Below, piece by piece: positions 41,141-51,421 of a DNA stretch of 64,000 nt. The stretch comes from an uncultured virus (IMG/VR IMGVR_UViG_3300020577_011735) (taxonomy: Duplodnaviria; Heunggongvirae; Uroviricota; Caudoviricetes). How positions within the stretch are numbered: the first letter of the stretch is position 1; every line of letters begins with the position of its first letter. The translations under genes and the position numbers were made by a program. The DNA is taken from IMG/VR virus record IMGVR_UViG_3300020577_011735, one strand, 5' to 3'. The notes below the pieces were generated by a model, which was not told the DNA's origin, ran no database searches, and saw only the letters and a program-made list of their open reading frames with translations.

Positions 41141-41449
41141 ATGAGAATAAAAAAATTTAATGAATCTACTGGTGAAACTATAGAGGTACATTGTGTCATC
41201 ACAAATGATTCTGCTGGATATATCATAGAAGATGAGTGTAAATGTTTTTATGAAAAGATGAAAGCTGCAGATTATCTTATTAAAGAAATAAATCGTGTAC
41301 ATAATACAGTATATGAACCATTCTATGATAGTGATGGAAATAGATTTTTTACATTTTTAAATGAAAATGATGATTTAGAAAGATGCTTAGCTTTTTTAGA
41401 AGAAAATAATATAGATATTAATATAATATCTGTTCCGTTAATAAAATAA
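41141..41449 (+). CDS. hypothetical protein with N-terminal leader motif
   Basis: Starts MRIKKFNES. Confidence 0.65.
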   Translation: MRIKKFNESTGETIEVHCVITNDSAGYIIEDECKCFYEKMKAADYLIKEINRVHNTVYEPFYDSDGNRFFTFLNENDDLERCLAFLEENNIDINIISVPLIK

Positions 41450-41487
41450 ATAAAAACTATGATTAAAAAATTTAATGATTACTTATT

Positions 41488-41895
41488 ATGCTATTTTTAA
41501 GAAAATTTAACGAAAATGTCGAAGAGCAATTATGTAGATACGTAGATGACGACGACTATCATTATTGGAGATTAAAAAAATATATCAAAATAGATGATAA
41601 GGCTATTGGTATTTTTAAAAATCAGATTATTAAATTTCTAGATGGATATCCTCAAAATTTTGATGAATCTAAAATGAATTACTACCAATATAAAATAACT
41701 TTTAATGGAAATCCTCTATATGGACCAGGTGATCCAAATTTAAAAATATCTTTGATGCAATTAGAAGATAGTTGGTATCTTATAGAGGCTTATTTTAATT
41801 GGGCATTTTACACATTTCTATGTGATGATATAGTTGGAATAGAAAAATTGGCTGATACCATGATTCAAAAAATTGAAGATAGTATACGCATGTGA
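41488..41895 (+). CDS. hypothetical protein with N-terminal leader motif
   Basis: Starts MLFLRKFNEN; paralogue of 16086-16550. Confidence 0.65.
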   Translation: MLFLRKFNENVEEQLCRYVDDDDYHYWRLKKYIKIDDKAIGIFKNQIIKFLDGYPQNFDESKMNYYQYKITFNGNPLYGPGDPNLKISLMQLEDSWYLIEAYFNWAFYTFLCDDIVGIEKLADTMIQKIEDSIRM

Positions 41896-41927
41896 GCCCC
41901 TTACTCAGAATAAAAAAATATTAAGAT

Positions 41928-42266
41928 ATGAAACATATTAAAAAATATAATGAAAGTAGTAAAGAAAAAACTTCTTTTGAAGAAGCTAAAGAGTGGATAA
42001 AACAAAATTATAGCTCTGAACGAGTTTCCCAAATGTTTGACGAGGAAGTTTCTAGTGGAAATTGGATAGATAAAGATCAAATGGAAGAAGAAGGGTATGA
42101 TTCAGAATATGATTATTATATTGACTATGGGCATGGTGAAGCAGAGGATGCGGTAATGACTGAAATAGTAGATACTTTAAAATCTGAATTTGAAATAGAA
42201 TTTGATGAAATAGGATCAAAAACAAATATTTATGATTTTTTAAAAGATGAATATGATTGTTTGTAA
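41928..42266 (+). CDS. hypothetical acidic protein with N-terminal leader motif
   Basis: Starts MKHIKKYNES. Confidence 0.65.
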   Translation: MKHIKKYNESSKEKTSFEEAKEWIKQNYSSERVSQMFDEEVSSGNWIDKDQMEEEGYDSEYDYYIDYGHGEAEDAVMTEIVDTLKSEFEIEFDEIGSKTNIYDFLKDEYDCL

Positions 42267-42308
42267 AAAAATTTTAATATATAGACATAATAAAACAATG
42301 CAGTAAAG

Positions 42309-43460
42309 ATGATTCAAAGATATTTTACATTTTTAAATGAGGCTCACATTGACCTTCCTTTAGACAAATTAGAGGAATATAAAGAAAAACTAAATGATGA
42401 GTTAGACTTGTATATGAATTTCATTTTATCTAAAATAAGTTGGAAGAATAACCAAGTATTTTATAAGGATTTTGAGAATATTGATATTAATTTAATATTA
42501 ACTGATTTAGAAGAAAAGTTAGGTAAGGATGTTGTTGATATTTTTAATGTCGAAGCCTTTCTAAGAAAAATATATCAAATATTAGATTTAAGACAAAAAA
42601 GCACAAAGAGAAATGTTAGAGATGAATTTATTGAATACTACATCTCGTTGGATAATAGAGTAGAAACTATAGCAGGTGAAGATAAAGAAACCGCATATGA
42701 TAAATATTATGATGAAAGGGAAGGTGAGAGATCACTTATCTCCAGAAATGTATATGAAAAAGAAAAATTCGATATACAAGTAGAGTTATTAAAGTTGCAA
42801 GAGTGGGTTAGAGAGAATAAGAAGAAAATAGCTATTGTATTTGAAGGAAGGGACACATCCGGAAAAGGATCAACAATTAAAAGATTTATTGAATATCTTG
42901 ATCCTAAAGGATTTAGGATTGTTGCTTTAGGCGTCCCAACAGAAGAAGAAAAAAATAACTGGTTTGCCAGATATGAAAATCATATGCCAAAACCAGGGGA
43001 AATAGTCTTCTTTGATAGAAGTTGGCATAATAGATCAATAGTTGAGCCAGCTATGGGATATTGTACCGAAAAGCAGTATAAAGATTTTATGGAAAGTGTT
43101 AATGATTGGGAAGAAAGCTTAATAAATGATGGAATCATTTTAGTTAAATTTTGGTTCTCAATAACAAAAGAAAAACAACAAAAAAGATTCGAGTTAAGAC
43201 AAAAATCTCCTCTTAAATATTGGAAGTTCTCACCAAATGATGCTAAGGTGGTTGATAAATGGGATTTAATAACCTATTATAAAAATCAAATGTTTAACCA
43301 CAACTCTACTAGTAAATGTCCTTGGGTAGTCTTAAACTCTAATGATAAAAGAATTGCTAGATTAAATGCTATGAGATATGTTCTGAGTATTGTGGACTAT
43401 GACGATAAAAATGATGAGGTTAGCAAGTACTATCCAGAAGTTGTTAATATCCTAAAATAA
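42309..43460 (+). CDS. ppk2: polyphosphate kinase 2 with N-terminal extension
   Basis: FEGRDTSGKGSTIKR Walker A, FFDRSW, LVKFWFSI, WKFSPND. Confidence 0.92.
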   Translation: MIQRYFTFLNEAHIDLPLDKLEEYKEKLNDELDLYMNFILSKISWKNNQVFYKDFENIDINLILTDLEEKLGKDVVDIFNVEAFLRKIYQILDLRQKSTKRNVRDEFIEYYISLDNRVETIAGEDKETAYDKYYDEREGERSLISRNVYEKEKFDIQVELLKLQEWVRENKKKIAIVFEGRDTSGKGSTIKRFIEYLDPKGFRIVALGVPTEEEKNNWFARYENHMPKPGEIVFFDRSWHNRSIVEPAMGYCTEKQYKDFMESVNDWEESLINDGIILVKFWFSITKEKQQKRFELRQKSPLKYWKFSPNDAKVVDKWDLITYYKNQMFNHNSTSKCPWVVLNSNDKRIARLNAMRYVLSIVDYDDKNDEVSKYYPEVVNILK

Positions 43461-44250
43461 AATTAAATTCATTGTAATCCTTATTCAATATTAGTAAGTA
43501 ATTATATCCATTTTCTAATACTGAATTTTTCTTTAATATATTCATATCTAAGTATTTTTTATAATAATATTCTGATTTAATTTCTATTATTAAATTTTCC
43601 TTGTCATAAAAAAAGTCACTAAAGTAATACCTATTTTTATTTTGATATGTGTATGAAAATCTTTTACCTTGTTCTATTTTAATTTTTTTCTTGTAGCAAT
43701 AGTCTAAGAAATCTAACTCATAAGTTCCTCTATAATATAAATTCGTTTTGTCATGTTTCTTCATAGAAAATCCAGATATTTGTTGCTTCATATAAATTTC
43801 ATTAGAGTGTGATAATTCACTAACCCCATATCGTTCCATTATCGTCTTTCTGAAATTATTTTTAGCACTTTCAGACTTAAATGAATTATCATATCCTGTT
43901 TTTTCAATTAATATTTTTTTATACTTTTCTAAATTTTCTTCTGATTGCATCCAATGTTTAACTCCGAATAATTTAATATTCGATTCCTCTCTTTTAATAT
44001 TTGTACATTTACCAACACAAGTGTACATTCCTTTGTTTTTAATACAATAGTTATATAACTTATAGTCTATTATTTTTTCGTTTTTACATATATCGCAAGA
44101 TGCAATAATTTTTGTTTTTGATCCTTTCATTAAATGTTCTATGGGTATAGTAATTAGTTTATTTAAAACTAAATTTTTATAACCAATATTTTTAAAATGA
44201 TTTATGTTTTTATTATTAACTTTTATTGATACCTCTTTTGTAACTAACAT
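43444..44250 (-). mobile_element. putative homing endonuclease with C-terminal PD-(D/E)xK domain
   Basis: CDIC/CVGKC zinc motifs, (F/Y)GV repeats, YRGTYE, YFSDFF...IIEIKS. Confidence 0.6.
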
Positions 44251-44311
44251 TTTATTTTTATATATAAAATAATGCGGTGTCTCTACCTACAAAAATTAAA
44301 CATATTTAATT

Positions 44312-44320
44312 TAATATATA
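44312..44320 (+). promoter_or_regulatory. putative phage late promoter TAATATATA (representative copy)
   Basis: Same 9-mer lies shortly upstream of start codons at 12685, 14946, 15635, 21994, 29137, 38975, 42275, 45347, 59689 (+) and 1745, 14558, 17954, 31306, 36481, 48315, 50609, 52308, 58960 (-); resembles T4 late TATAAATA. Confidence 0.65.
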
Positions 44321-44324
44321 AATA

Positions 44325-44759
44325 ATGAAATATATTTTAGAATATAATAAAACAGAAACTTATAAAGGATTATATGTAACTCCTATTATTTTAGATAAGG
44401 CATATAATAGATTCCTTGATATGTATGATGTTGAAATAAGAAAAGCTATTTCTGATTTATGCAAATTTATTAATCATAAATATGAAAATGTTTTAGTGGT
44501 TAAAATGAAAAGAAATATACAACCAGGATTAATTATTAAAGAAGAAGGAAACATACAACACATTGCTAAGGATATATATGACTTTTTAAATAAAAGAGAA
44601 ATCGATAATAGAATTGTATATGGTGAAGGAACGGTTAGTCATTTTGAAAAAGACATACATAGATGTGATACTGGATATGGACCCAAGGGCAATCTACTTA
44701 TAAAAATTGGTAGAAAAACCGATGAGTTAAAAAATCAAATAGGAATATTTAAAGCTTAA
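44325..44759 (+). CDS. hypothetical protein with N-terminal leader motif
   Basis: MKYILEYNKTE; TAATATATA at 44312. Confidence 0.65.
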   Translation: MKYILEYNKTETYKGLYVTPIILDKAYNRFLDMYDVEIRKAISDLCKFINHKYENVLVVKMKRNIQPGLIIKEEGNIQHIAKDIYDFLNKREIDNRIVYGEGTVSHFEKDIHRCDTGYGPKGNLLIKIGRKTDELKNQIGIFKA

Positions 44760-44764
44760 TATGA

Positions 44765-44790
44765 AAAATCCCCTCAAGTGAGGGGATTTT
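44765..44790. terminator. bidirectional terminator
   Basis: AAAATCCCCTC-AAGT-GAGGGGATTTT between convergent genes. Confidence 0.8.
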
Positions 44791-44794
44791 CGTT

Positions 44795-45214
44795 TTACTG
44801 AATTTCTATCATTCTACTCTCTTTTTCTACCTTTGTTTTCTTTGGAACAGAAACAGAGAGGATGCCGTCAGTATACGATGCTTTAATATTTTCAGCATTG
44901 GATCCTTCGGGTAAGTAAAATGATCTTTCAAAAGAAGAAGAGAAAAACTCTCTACGATGATATTTATCACTCTTATCTTCTTTTGTAGATTCATTTTTAG
45001 ATGAGATAGTAAGATAATTATCTTTTACCTCAATATTAAATGAATCTTTCTTGTAGCCAGGAGCAGCCACTTCTATCTGAAATTCAGATTCTTCTTCCTT
45101 CACATTCACGGAAGGAACATTTGATTTACCTAGACTAAAAAAGTCTTCATTAAGGAAGTCTTCAAAGAGAGACCTCATTGGAGAATAATTGTTTCTTAAA
45201 ATTACACTTTTCAT
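44795..45214 (-). CDS. small heat-shock protein (Hsp20/alpha-crystallin)
   Basis: PSVNVKE, EVAAPGYKK, RREF..SSFERSFYLP, ASYTDGILSVSVPK. Confidence 0.93.
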   Translation of the reverse strand: MKSVILRNNYSPMRSLFEDFLNEDFFSLGKSNVPSVNVKEEESEFQIEVAAPGYKKDSFNIEVKDNYLTISSKNESTKEDKSDKYHRREFFSSSFERSFYLPEGSNAENIKASYTDGILSVSVPKKTKVEKESRMIEIQ

Positions 45215-45361
45215 AGTTTTTATTTTTTTATTAAAATAAAATCAAACGATATGCCAACACAATTTTAAATGAAAAAATGTCATCTTTTGATAAAAAATAT
45301 GCCAGTATTTCATAAAAAATATGTTATTTTTTCAACAAGTATAATTTAATATATAAACTGT

Positions 45362-46009
45362 ATGAAGAAATTCTCTAATATATTAAATGAGTCAGTAGAT
45401 ATTGAGGAAATAGAAGACTACTTTCTTAATATTAATGATGCTTTAGGTGAGCCAACTAAAAAATCTATAGGTGGTGATAAATTCACTATATATGAATTTA
45501 CTTGGACAATAGATATAAACATTTATCAATATAATGATGTTTCAAAAATTGAGAAACTATTAATATTTTTTGATTCAGTTAAAGAATTAAAAACTTCACA
45601 ACTTAGAATAAATGATTATGATATTGAATTTAAACTATCTGGGCTTACACTTTCCGTTAGGGTAACCCCTAAGGGAAAATCAGAGTCCAATAAATATAAA
45701 TTTTTTATAAATCAAGGTTGGAGAGAAACGAGATTAAAATACTCAGAAATTATTAGATTTTTTAAAGATAAAGGATATTCAGTTGTTGATATAGATGAAG
45801 ATGTAAATGAATATAGTAACTCATCCTCACTAACCATATACACCAACGCTAATTTGAATATTAATAATGAGTTCGCTACTTTATTGGAAGATGAATTTGA
45901 AAAAAATAGTGAAGAAATAGATCGTGAATTTTCCATAAGAGCTGCTGATACATATATTAGTATTAATCCCATAAGTGAAAAAACATATATAACAGTCGTT
46001 AAACAATAA
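45362..46009 (+). CDS. hypothetical protein with N-terminal leader motif
   Basis: MKKFSNILNES; TAATATATA at 45347. Confidence 0.7.
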   Translation: MKKFSNILNESVDIEEIEDYFLNINDALGEPTKKSIGGDKFTIYEFTWTIDINIYQYNDVSKIEKLLIFFDSVKELKTSQLRINDYDIEFKLSGLTLSVRVTPKGKSESNKYKFFINQGWRETRLKYSEIIRFFKDKGYSVVDIDEDVNEYSNSSSLTIYTNANLNINNEFATLLEDEFEKNSEEIDREFSIRAADTYISINPISEKTYITVVKQ

Positions 46010-46032
46010 TTAAGATTGATTATATAATATGT

Positions 46033-46524
46033 ATGAATTTATACGATACAGAAGAAATTGAAAGAATTAATAAAGCTAGAGAAACTAACGATAAATTGGA
46101 AGATTTCTTTGCTTCCAAAAGAGACACATGGAATAAAAACATAGATCCGCTTTATATCTCATTAAGAAATGATTTTACAATAGACAACTCACAAAAAATC
46201 ATTGAAATTCAATCACTTGCATTGTCATATCGTCAAGTTATTAATGAGGAGATCTCATTATTCTTAAATAAGAGAACTAAGGAAGAAGTTAAGATGAAGA
46301 AGTTAAAGCAGGACAAATTTGTTTTTTATGCAACTGGATTCGGTCTTAAAACTAACTTAGGAGAGAAAGCACTTCTTATAGATGCCCATATTGCTGAAAA
46401 CGAAAGGAACTTACAACTTATAGATGTTCATGTTGATTTTTTAAGAAACAGTTCTAAGAACCTTGAAACCTTAGGATATACAATTAAAAATATTATTGAA
46501 CTAATGAATTATTTAGGAAGGTAA
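46033..46524 (+). CDS. putative recombination mediator, T4 UvsY-like
   Basis: Helical 163 aa ending VDFLRNSSKNLETLGYTIKNIIEL, similar to the UvsY C terminus. Confidence 0.55.
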   Translation: MNLYDTEEIERINKARETNDKLEDFFASKRDTWNKNIDPLYISLRNDFTIDNSQKIIEIQSLALSYRQVINEEISLFLNKRTKEEVKMKKLKQDKFVFYATGFGLKTNLGEKALLIDAHIAENERNLQLIDVHVDFLRNSSKNLETLGYTIKNIIELMNYLGR

Positions 46525-46562
46525 TTATCTTCTAAACCAAGGAGTTTTAACTGGAACATGGG

Positions 46563-46970
46563 TTATACTAGCCCATATATACTAAATAGATCTTGAACAT
46601 CTAATTGCATATCAATTTCTAAATATGTATTATGTACTGTGTATTTAAAAACTTTAGATATCTTCATGAGGTCTGATATTATTTCCTCTTTGATATCATC
46701 TGGGATTTTATCACCACCCTCTATATCACTGATATAGAATTTAGTGAAATAATAAATATCCTCATTTATTTTCCTTTTGAATATTTCAAATTGATTTGCA
46801 GGAATATACCAACGATTAGATAAGTTAACTAGTTTATCTAATATGGACTTCCACTTTTTATGACTAGTTAATATTCCATATCCATCAAGGTATAGATTAA
46901 TAGTTTTATATGTTCTAATACGAACAAACATTCCTGTTTCGTATCTATAGTACTCTGTTATATATCTCAT
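46563..46970 (-). CDS. hypothetical protein with leader-like N terminus
   Basis: Starts MRYITEYYRYE. Confidence 0.6.
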   Translation of the reverse strand: MRYITEYYRYETGMFVRIRTYKTINLYLDGYGILTSHKKWKSILDKLVNLSNRWYIPANQFEIFKRKINEDIYYFTKFYISDIEGGDKIPDDIKEEIISDLMKISKVFKYTVHNTYLEIDMQLDVQDLFSIYGLV

Positions 46971-48298
46971 ATTGCTGATTTATATTCTGGATTCCATCCA
47001 CCCAATATCAGATCTTTTGCCTTTGATTCTAGACCAACACAATCTTCACACTCTTCAGGATCCCCATGACATTCTGGGCATTCAACAGTGCCTTCTCCTT
47101 TACATTCTGGGCAGTCAACAAATCCGGCATCATTTTTACACTTTTTACATCCTTTAAATGCCTTAGTTATTTTACCCACAATATTCTTAGAACAATCACA
47201 CTTTATAGTACCATCTCCATCACATTCTTCACAACCAATAGTACCCTCATCATCACAAGTGTAACATCTATTTATCCCTTTTCCGCGACAAGTATTACAC
47301 TCATCTGTATTACCATCGGTGTCATCTAACATCATACCATCTCTGAATCCAACATTACTTAGTAATGATTTATCTTCGTCAATAAATGTCAGTGTGTCTA
47401 AGTAGGGGTAACTATCAAAATCACCATCTTCAAGTTCTACGAGTATTTTACCAAATACGTGAGCTCCTTTATAGACGAATAATAAACCTTCTGGAAATCC
47501 TGAATTTTGTCGGTGTTTATACATCCATCCTTGTTCATCAGCATACTGCTTAAATTTTAAAACATCAGAGTCACTTGAGGTATAAATTCTATCCATAAAA
47601 TATTTTGCATCACATGGAGATTTTTTTAATTTCCAAATAAGTGCTCTACCCAGCAATTTTTTATTCTCATTAAAATAGATTAAGAGATTACATACTTTAC
47701 TATTTTCGGAATAGATATCAAAATAATCACTTTCAACATCCCTCATACAAGATCCACCCAATGTTCCTCTATCACTATCATATTTATCTTCCGCATACCA
47801 TTTAGGTATATCCTCACCTTTAACCAATTTAAATTTTTTACTATTATCTATACTTGTAGACTTGTAAAGATTGACAAACTCTTCAATTGATTTATCAGTT
47901 AATTTAAATTCAGATTTTACATATCTATCAAGTTCTGATTTTATATCAGCATTAGATAAAAATGCTTTAACAAATCTACCAACCTTAATAGATGATCTTC
48001 CTTTTGTTGTAAAATAAAGAGACTCGTCATTATCGTCAATTATTTTATCAGCTTTAATATCACTTAAAAAAGAAACAGTATCTTCGGCATCAGTATCTAT
48101 CCAGTTCTGTGGTAGATTATTTGAAATATAAATCTCATCTTCAAAAATATCAAAAAGTAGTTTAGCAATTGTATTTTTTTTAGACATTGATTTTAACTTA
48201 TCTAAAAAATTACCAGATGCTTTTACTGCACCCTCATTTATTAATTGTATAAGTTGACTTTCTAATAAAAAATCTTCGTATCTAGAAACCATATTCAT
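46967..48298 (-). CDS. conserved phage protein (paralogue of 24265-25494) with C-terminal DnaJ-type CxxCxGxG zinc-finger repeats
   Basis: TLGGSCM, GRALIW, FMDRIY, YPYLD; about eight CxxC repeats; start probably 48298 or 48292 after TAATATATA (48315-48323). Confidence 0.75.
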   Translation of the reverse strand: MNMVSRYEDFLLESQLIQLINEGAVKASGNFLDKLKSMSKKNTIAKLLFDIFEDEIYISNNLPQNWIDTDAEDTVSFLSDIKADKIIDDNDESLYFTTKGRSSIKVGRFVKAFLSNADIKSELDRYVKSEFKLTDKSIEEFVNLYKSTSIDNSKKFKLVKGEDIPKWYAEDKYDSDRGTLGGSCMRDVESDYFDIYSENSKVCNLLIYFNENKKLLGRALIWKLKKSPCDAKYFMDRIYTSSDSDVLKFKQYADEQGWMYKHRQNSGFPEGLLFVYKGAHVFGKILVELEDGDFDSYPYLDTLTFIDEDKSLLSNVGFRDGMMLDDTDGNTDECNTCRGKGINRCYTCDDEGTIGCEECDGDGTIKCDCSKNIVGKITKAFKGCKKCKNDAGFVDCPECKGEGTVECPECHGDPEECEDCVGLESKAKDLILGGWNPEYKSAI

Positions 48299-48347
48299 CG
48301 TAAATTTATTATCATATATATTACTTTTTATAAACCATTTAAATAAA

Positions 48348-48686
48348 TTGGATATAATTTTTATGAGAAAATTTTTATGCAAAACTGACTTTGTTATAAT
48401 GGGTAAGAAATTAGCCTTAGCTGGTGATTCTGTAAATGAAGGAGATATACTTCAATCAAATGATAATACACTCTCTTTAAAAATGGATATTGATACATTA
48501 TTAAACAATGCATCATTTGAAGAAGTCGTAGAAGTCGCAATGCTAGATATCAAAATACAAGAGCTACCTGAAGAAGAAGAGGATATAGAAAAAGATTGGG
48601 TGCTACAAATAAAAGTAACTACATCACGTAAGAAGTTACGAACTATAGAAAGATATATCCGAGAAGATTTGGTTAAATTATTATAA
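48348..48686 (+). CDS. hypothetical protein
   Basis: ORF of about 107-112 aa. Confidence 0.6.
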   Translation: MDIIFMRKFLCKTDFVIMGKKLALAGDSVNEGDILQSNDNTLSLKMDIDTLLNNASFEEVVEVAMLDIKIQELPEEEEDIEKDWVLQIKVTTSRKKLRTIERYIREDLVKLL

Positions 48687-48713
48687 TTCTTTATATTTAT
48701 ATAAATTATACTT

Positions 48714-49106
48714 ATGCAAATTATAAATGTCATAGAAATTATAAACGGAAATCTTTCCGGTATTGAATCTTTCCCTATTACAGGATCAAACACCCATGAT
48801 CAACAAGTTCAAAAAGCTGAGGAACTATTTCTACAAAAATCCAAAGAGAATAGTCTAACTGAAATAGAAGACGATGACTTACTTGATGATTCATATTGGT
48901 CGGATAACAATGGATATGAAGTAATGATAAGTTGGTCAAATGTTAACGATACGACATTGAAGTATTCCTTATCGGAATTTGAAACATTTAAGAATGGAGG
49001 AAGAGGATATTATGAGGATGGATGCGAATTTTATAGCCCACCAGGTAGTACAAATTTTCAAGCTGTGAGTAATGGATTCTTAAACACAATTAGAAATAGT
49101 CAATAA
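48714..49106 (+). CDS. hypothetical protein
   Basis: 130-aa ORF. Confidence 0.6.
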   Translation: MQIINVIEIINGNLSGIESFPITGSNTHDQQVQKAEELFLQKSKENSLTEIEDDDLLDDSYWSDNNGYEVMISWSNVNDTTLKYSLSEFETFKNGGRGYYEDGCEFYSPPGSTNFQAVSNGFLNTIRNSQ

Positions 49107-49525
49107 TGAGCAAATATACATCACCCGAATACGGAAAAGAGATTTTATCAACTGTCTTTACAACAGAAATTGTAATAAGAGATTATTCAAAAATTGAGCA
49201 TTGTAAAGACAAATATCCTATGTGGGGAATAACCGTAATGGGATATTCTGGTACACACAAAGACTTGTATGCAAGAATACATTATTTACCATCCAATGAA
49301 GTTGTTTTTAATATCGAAATGGATCAGAACACATGGATGGAATCCAAATGGAAAAATGAAGACGTAGACGATTCAACCTATGATTATTTTGTATATATTG
49401 TCAAAAAGGTCATGCTTGATTTTGAAGTATATCAAAAAAGAAAAAAAGAAACTTATTCAGATATTAAAAAATTTGACTCAAAATATTGGTTAGAAAGACA
49501 AAATAAAATAAATAGTCTTATATGA
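49106..49525 (+). CDS. hypothetical protein with C-terminal tag
   Basis: Ends LERQNKINSLI. Confidence 0.65.
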   Translation: MSKYTSPEYGKEILSTVFTTEIVIRDYSKIEHCKDKYPMWGITVMGYSGTHKDLYARIHYLPSNEVVFNIEMDQNTWMESKWKNEDVDDSTYDYFVYIVKKVMLDFEVYQKRKKETYSDIKKFDSKYWLERQNKINSLI

Positions 49526-49941
49526 AAGAATCAAAATATATCCTTTTTGGATTAATACTCTATACGTTACCAATATTATTATTTGGTGATTTTCGCAATG
49601 TCTATCAATGGATTTTTTTACCTATAACTATATTTATCCTCTACTGGAGAATGAAGTCAAAAGATAGAAAATTTGACTCATATATAAATGGTGCTTTATT
49701 AGGTCTTTTTCTAGGTATGTATGGGTTGAATACCTTTTCTATGCAAATAAATAAATCAATTATTGATATATCATTTACTTATAGTAACATTTTAGGATAT
49801 TGGGTATCTTTTCTCTCTTATTTTTTACTACACTCAATATACCGACATAAAATTAAAGAAAAACAATTAAAGGAGTTTGATTATGATTGGACTAAAATAG
49901 AAAGGGAACAAAAAATTGACGCAATACTCAATAAGTGGTAA
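49522..49941 (+). CDS. membrane protein with C-terminal tag
   Basis: About four TM segments; ends EREQKIDAILNKW. Confidence 0.7.
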   Translation: MKESKYILFGLILYTLPILLFGDFRNVYQWIFLPITIFILYWRMKSKDRKFDSYINGALLGLFLGMYGLNTFSMQINKSIIDISFTYSNILGYWVSFLSYFLLHSIYRHKIKEKQLKEFDYDWTKIEREQKIDAILNKW

Positions 49942-50583
49942 TTACACCGTATCTGATTCATCATATTCATCCTCATCAAAAGTGTTTGGATTGATCATCC
50001 TTCTTAAGTTTCTTAGAGCTCTTTCGTGCTCTGTTTCTGTTCTATGAGCAACATAATCTTCATCTTCATCCTGTGCAGATTTTTTAGTATTTTCTACTAC
50101 AGATTTAATAATAACCTTAAATTCATTAGAGTCTCTAATAGATTCTAAATCTACATTTAGTCTATGTGAATTATTTAAATGTTGCAAAAAGCTTGTGACT
50201 TCCGCAACTTTATCAAGGCGAGACTTACGAACACCTTTAGTATAAATTAATAATACTGCATATCCATCTGATGGAAAAACTTTTATTCTATATCCATTAT
50301 CAGTTAACTCAAGTAAATAATCTTCAATAGTTTCAGCCATATCAATTAATCTACTCGCACTATTATATCTAGATAAGATACTATCTATTTTCCATTTTCT
50401 TAAATCTCGATATCCTCTTTCTTTACTCTTTTTTAATTCGTTGACTAATACATGGTCTAAATTATATTTTTCTAACTTATCAATCATGTCATTTAACACT
50501 ACGATTGTAAGATTGTGCTCCTTAAATAAATCATGTAGACTAGAAGAATCAAAGGCTTCAAACTTAGCTATGTATTTTTGCAT
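49942..50583 (-). CDS. hypothetical protein with N-terminal leader motif
   Basis: MQKYIAKFEAF; TAATATATA at 50609-50617. Confidence 0.7.
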   Translation of the reverse strand: MQKYIAKFEAFDSSSLHDLFKEHNLTIVVLNDMIDKLEKYNLDHVLVNELKKSKERGYRDLRKWKIDSILSRYNSASRLIDMAETIEDYLLELTDNGYRIKVFPSDGYAVLLIYTKGVRKSRLDKVAEVTSFLQHLNNSHRLNVDLESIRDSNEFKVIIKSVVENTKKSAQDEDEDYVAHRTETEHERALRNLRRMINPNTFDEDEYDESDTV

Positions 50584-50638
50584 ATAATAAACATTTAAAT
50601 TTCTAAAGTATATATTAAATAGGAAAAATTATATTTTT

Positions 50639-51421
50639 ATGGCAGATAAACTAACACTCAAACTAAATAAAGATAAATTTTCTGATTTTGTTTCTAAGTT
50701 ACAAGACTTAACAAACATATCAGATGTTATCAAGTTAAAAATAGACGCTGATAACATCTTAGCCTATTCAATGCTATCCAATGATGTAGCTGTATTAGCA
50801 CTTAAAAATTATTTATTAGATACATCTGAATACATTACCAACTTCAAGTCTGATAAAATATTTGACTACATTATAACTGGTGCATCCAAATTTGTTAAAA
50901 ATCTTAAATTTTTTAATTCAGAGTTGCCTATAGAATTAGAGTTAAACTACAAACCAAATGAAGATGACGAAACAATGCATGTTAGATCCGCTAGGTATTC
51001 AAATGGTAAATTAAAAATATCTTGTGTGGGTGGTGAACTCTCTAAAGTTAGAGATATCAACAAGACCTCCTTGGAATCAAGATTAAATCCAAAAGCATCA
51101 AAATGGGGATTCAAAGTTGGAAAGTCAGACTTTATGGATATTAAAAAATTATCATCTATCAATTCAGAAGATAGAGTTCTTACTGTCTTAGTAAATAGTG
51201 GAAAAGTCCTTGTAACAGAAGAATATAAGTGGGAACTTGAAGTAGATGAAATAGAAGATAGAAATACAAAAATTATTTTTAATAAGAAATATCTTTCTAA
51301 TATTGATGATACAAATGAGGTTATCGAATTCAAAATATTTGAAACTTTTATTTTAGTGAAAGATGATAACTCAAATTTAATGCTGAGCTTCGAGACCGAT
51401 TTCCAAAACGATCAAGATTGA
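50639..51421 (+). CDS. putative DNA sliding clamp (T4 gp45/PCNA-like)
   Basis: 260 aa, two-domain alternating beta/alpha pattern; replication-gene context. Confidence 0.45.
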   Translation: MADKLTLKLNKDKFSDFVSKLQDLTNISDVIKLKIDADNILAYSMLSNDVAVLALKNYLLDTSEYITNFKSDKIFDYIITGASKFVKNLKFFNSELPIELELNYKPNEDDETMHVRSARYSNGKLKISCVGGELSKVRDINKTSLESRLNPKASKWGFKVGKSDFMDIKKLSSINSEDRVLTVLVNSGKVLVTEEYKWELEVDEIEDRNTKIIFNKKYLSNIDDTNEVIEFKIFETFILVKDDNSNLMLSFETDFQNDQD

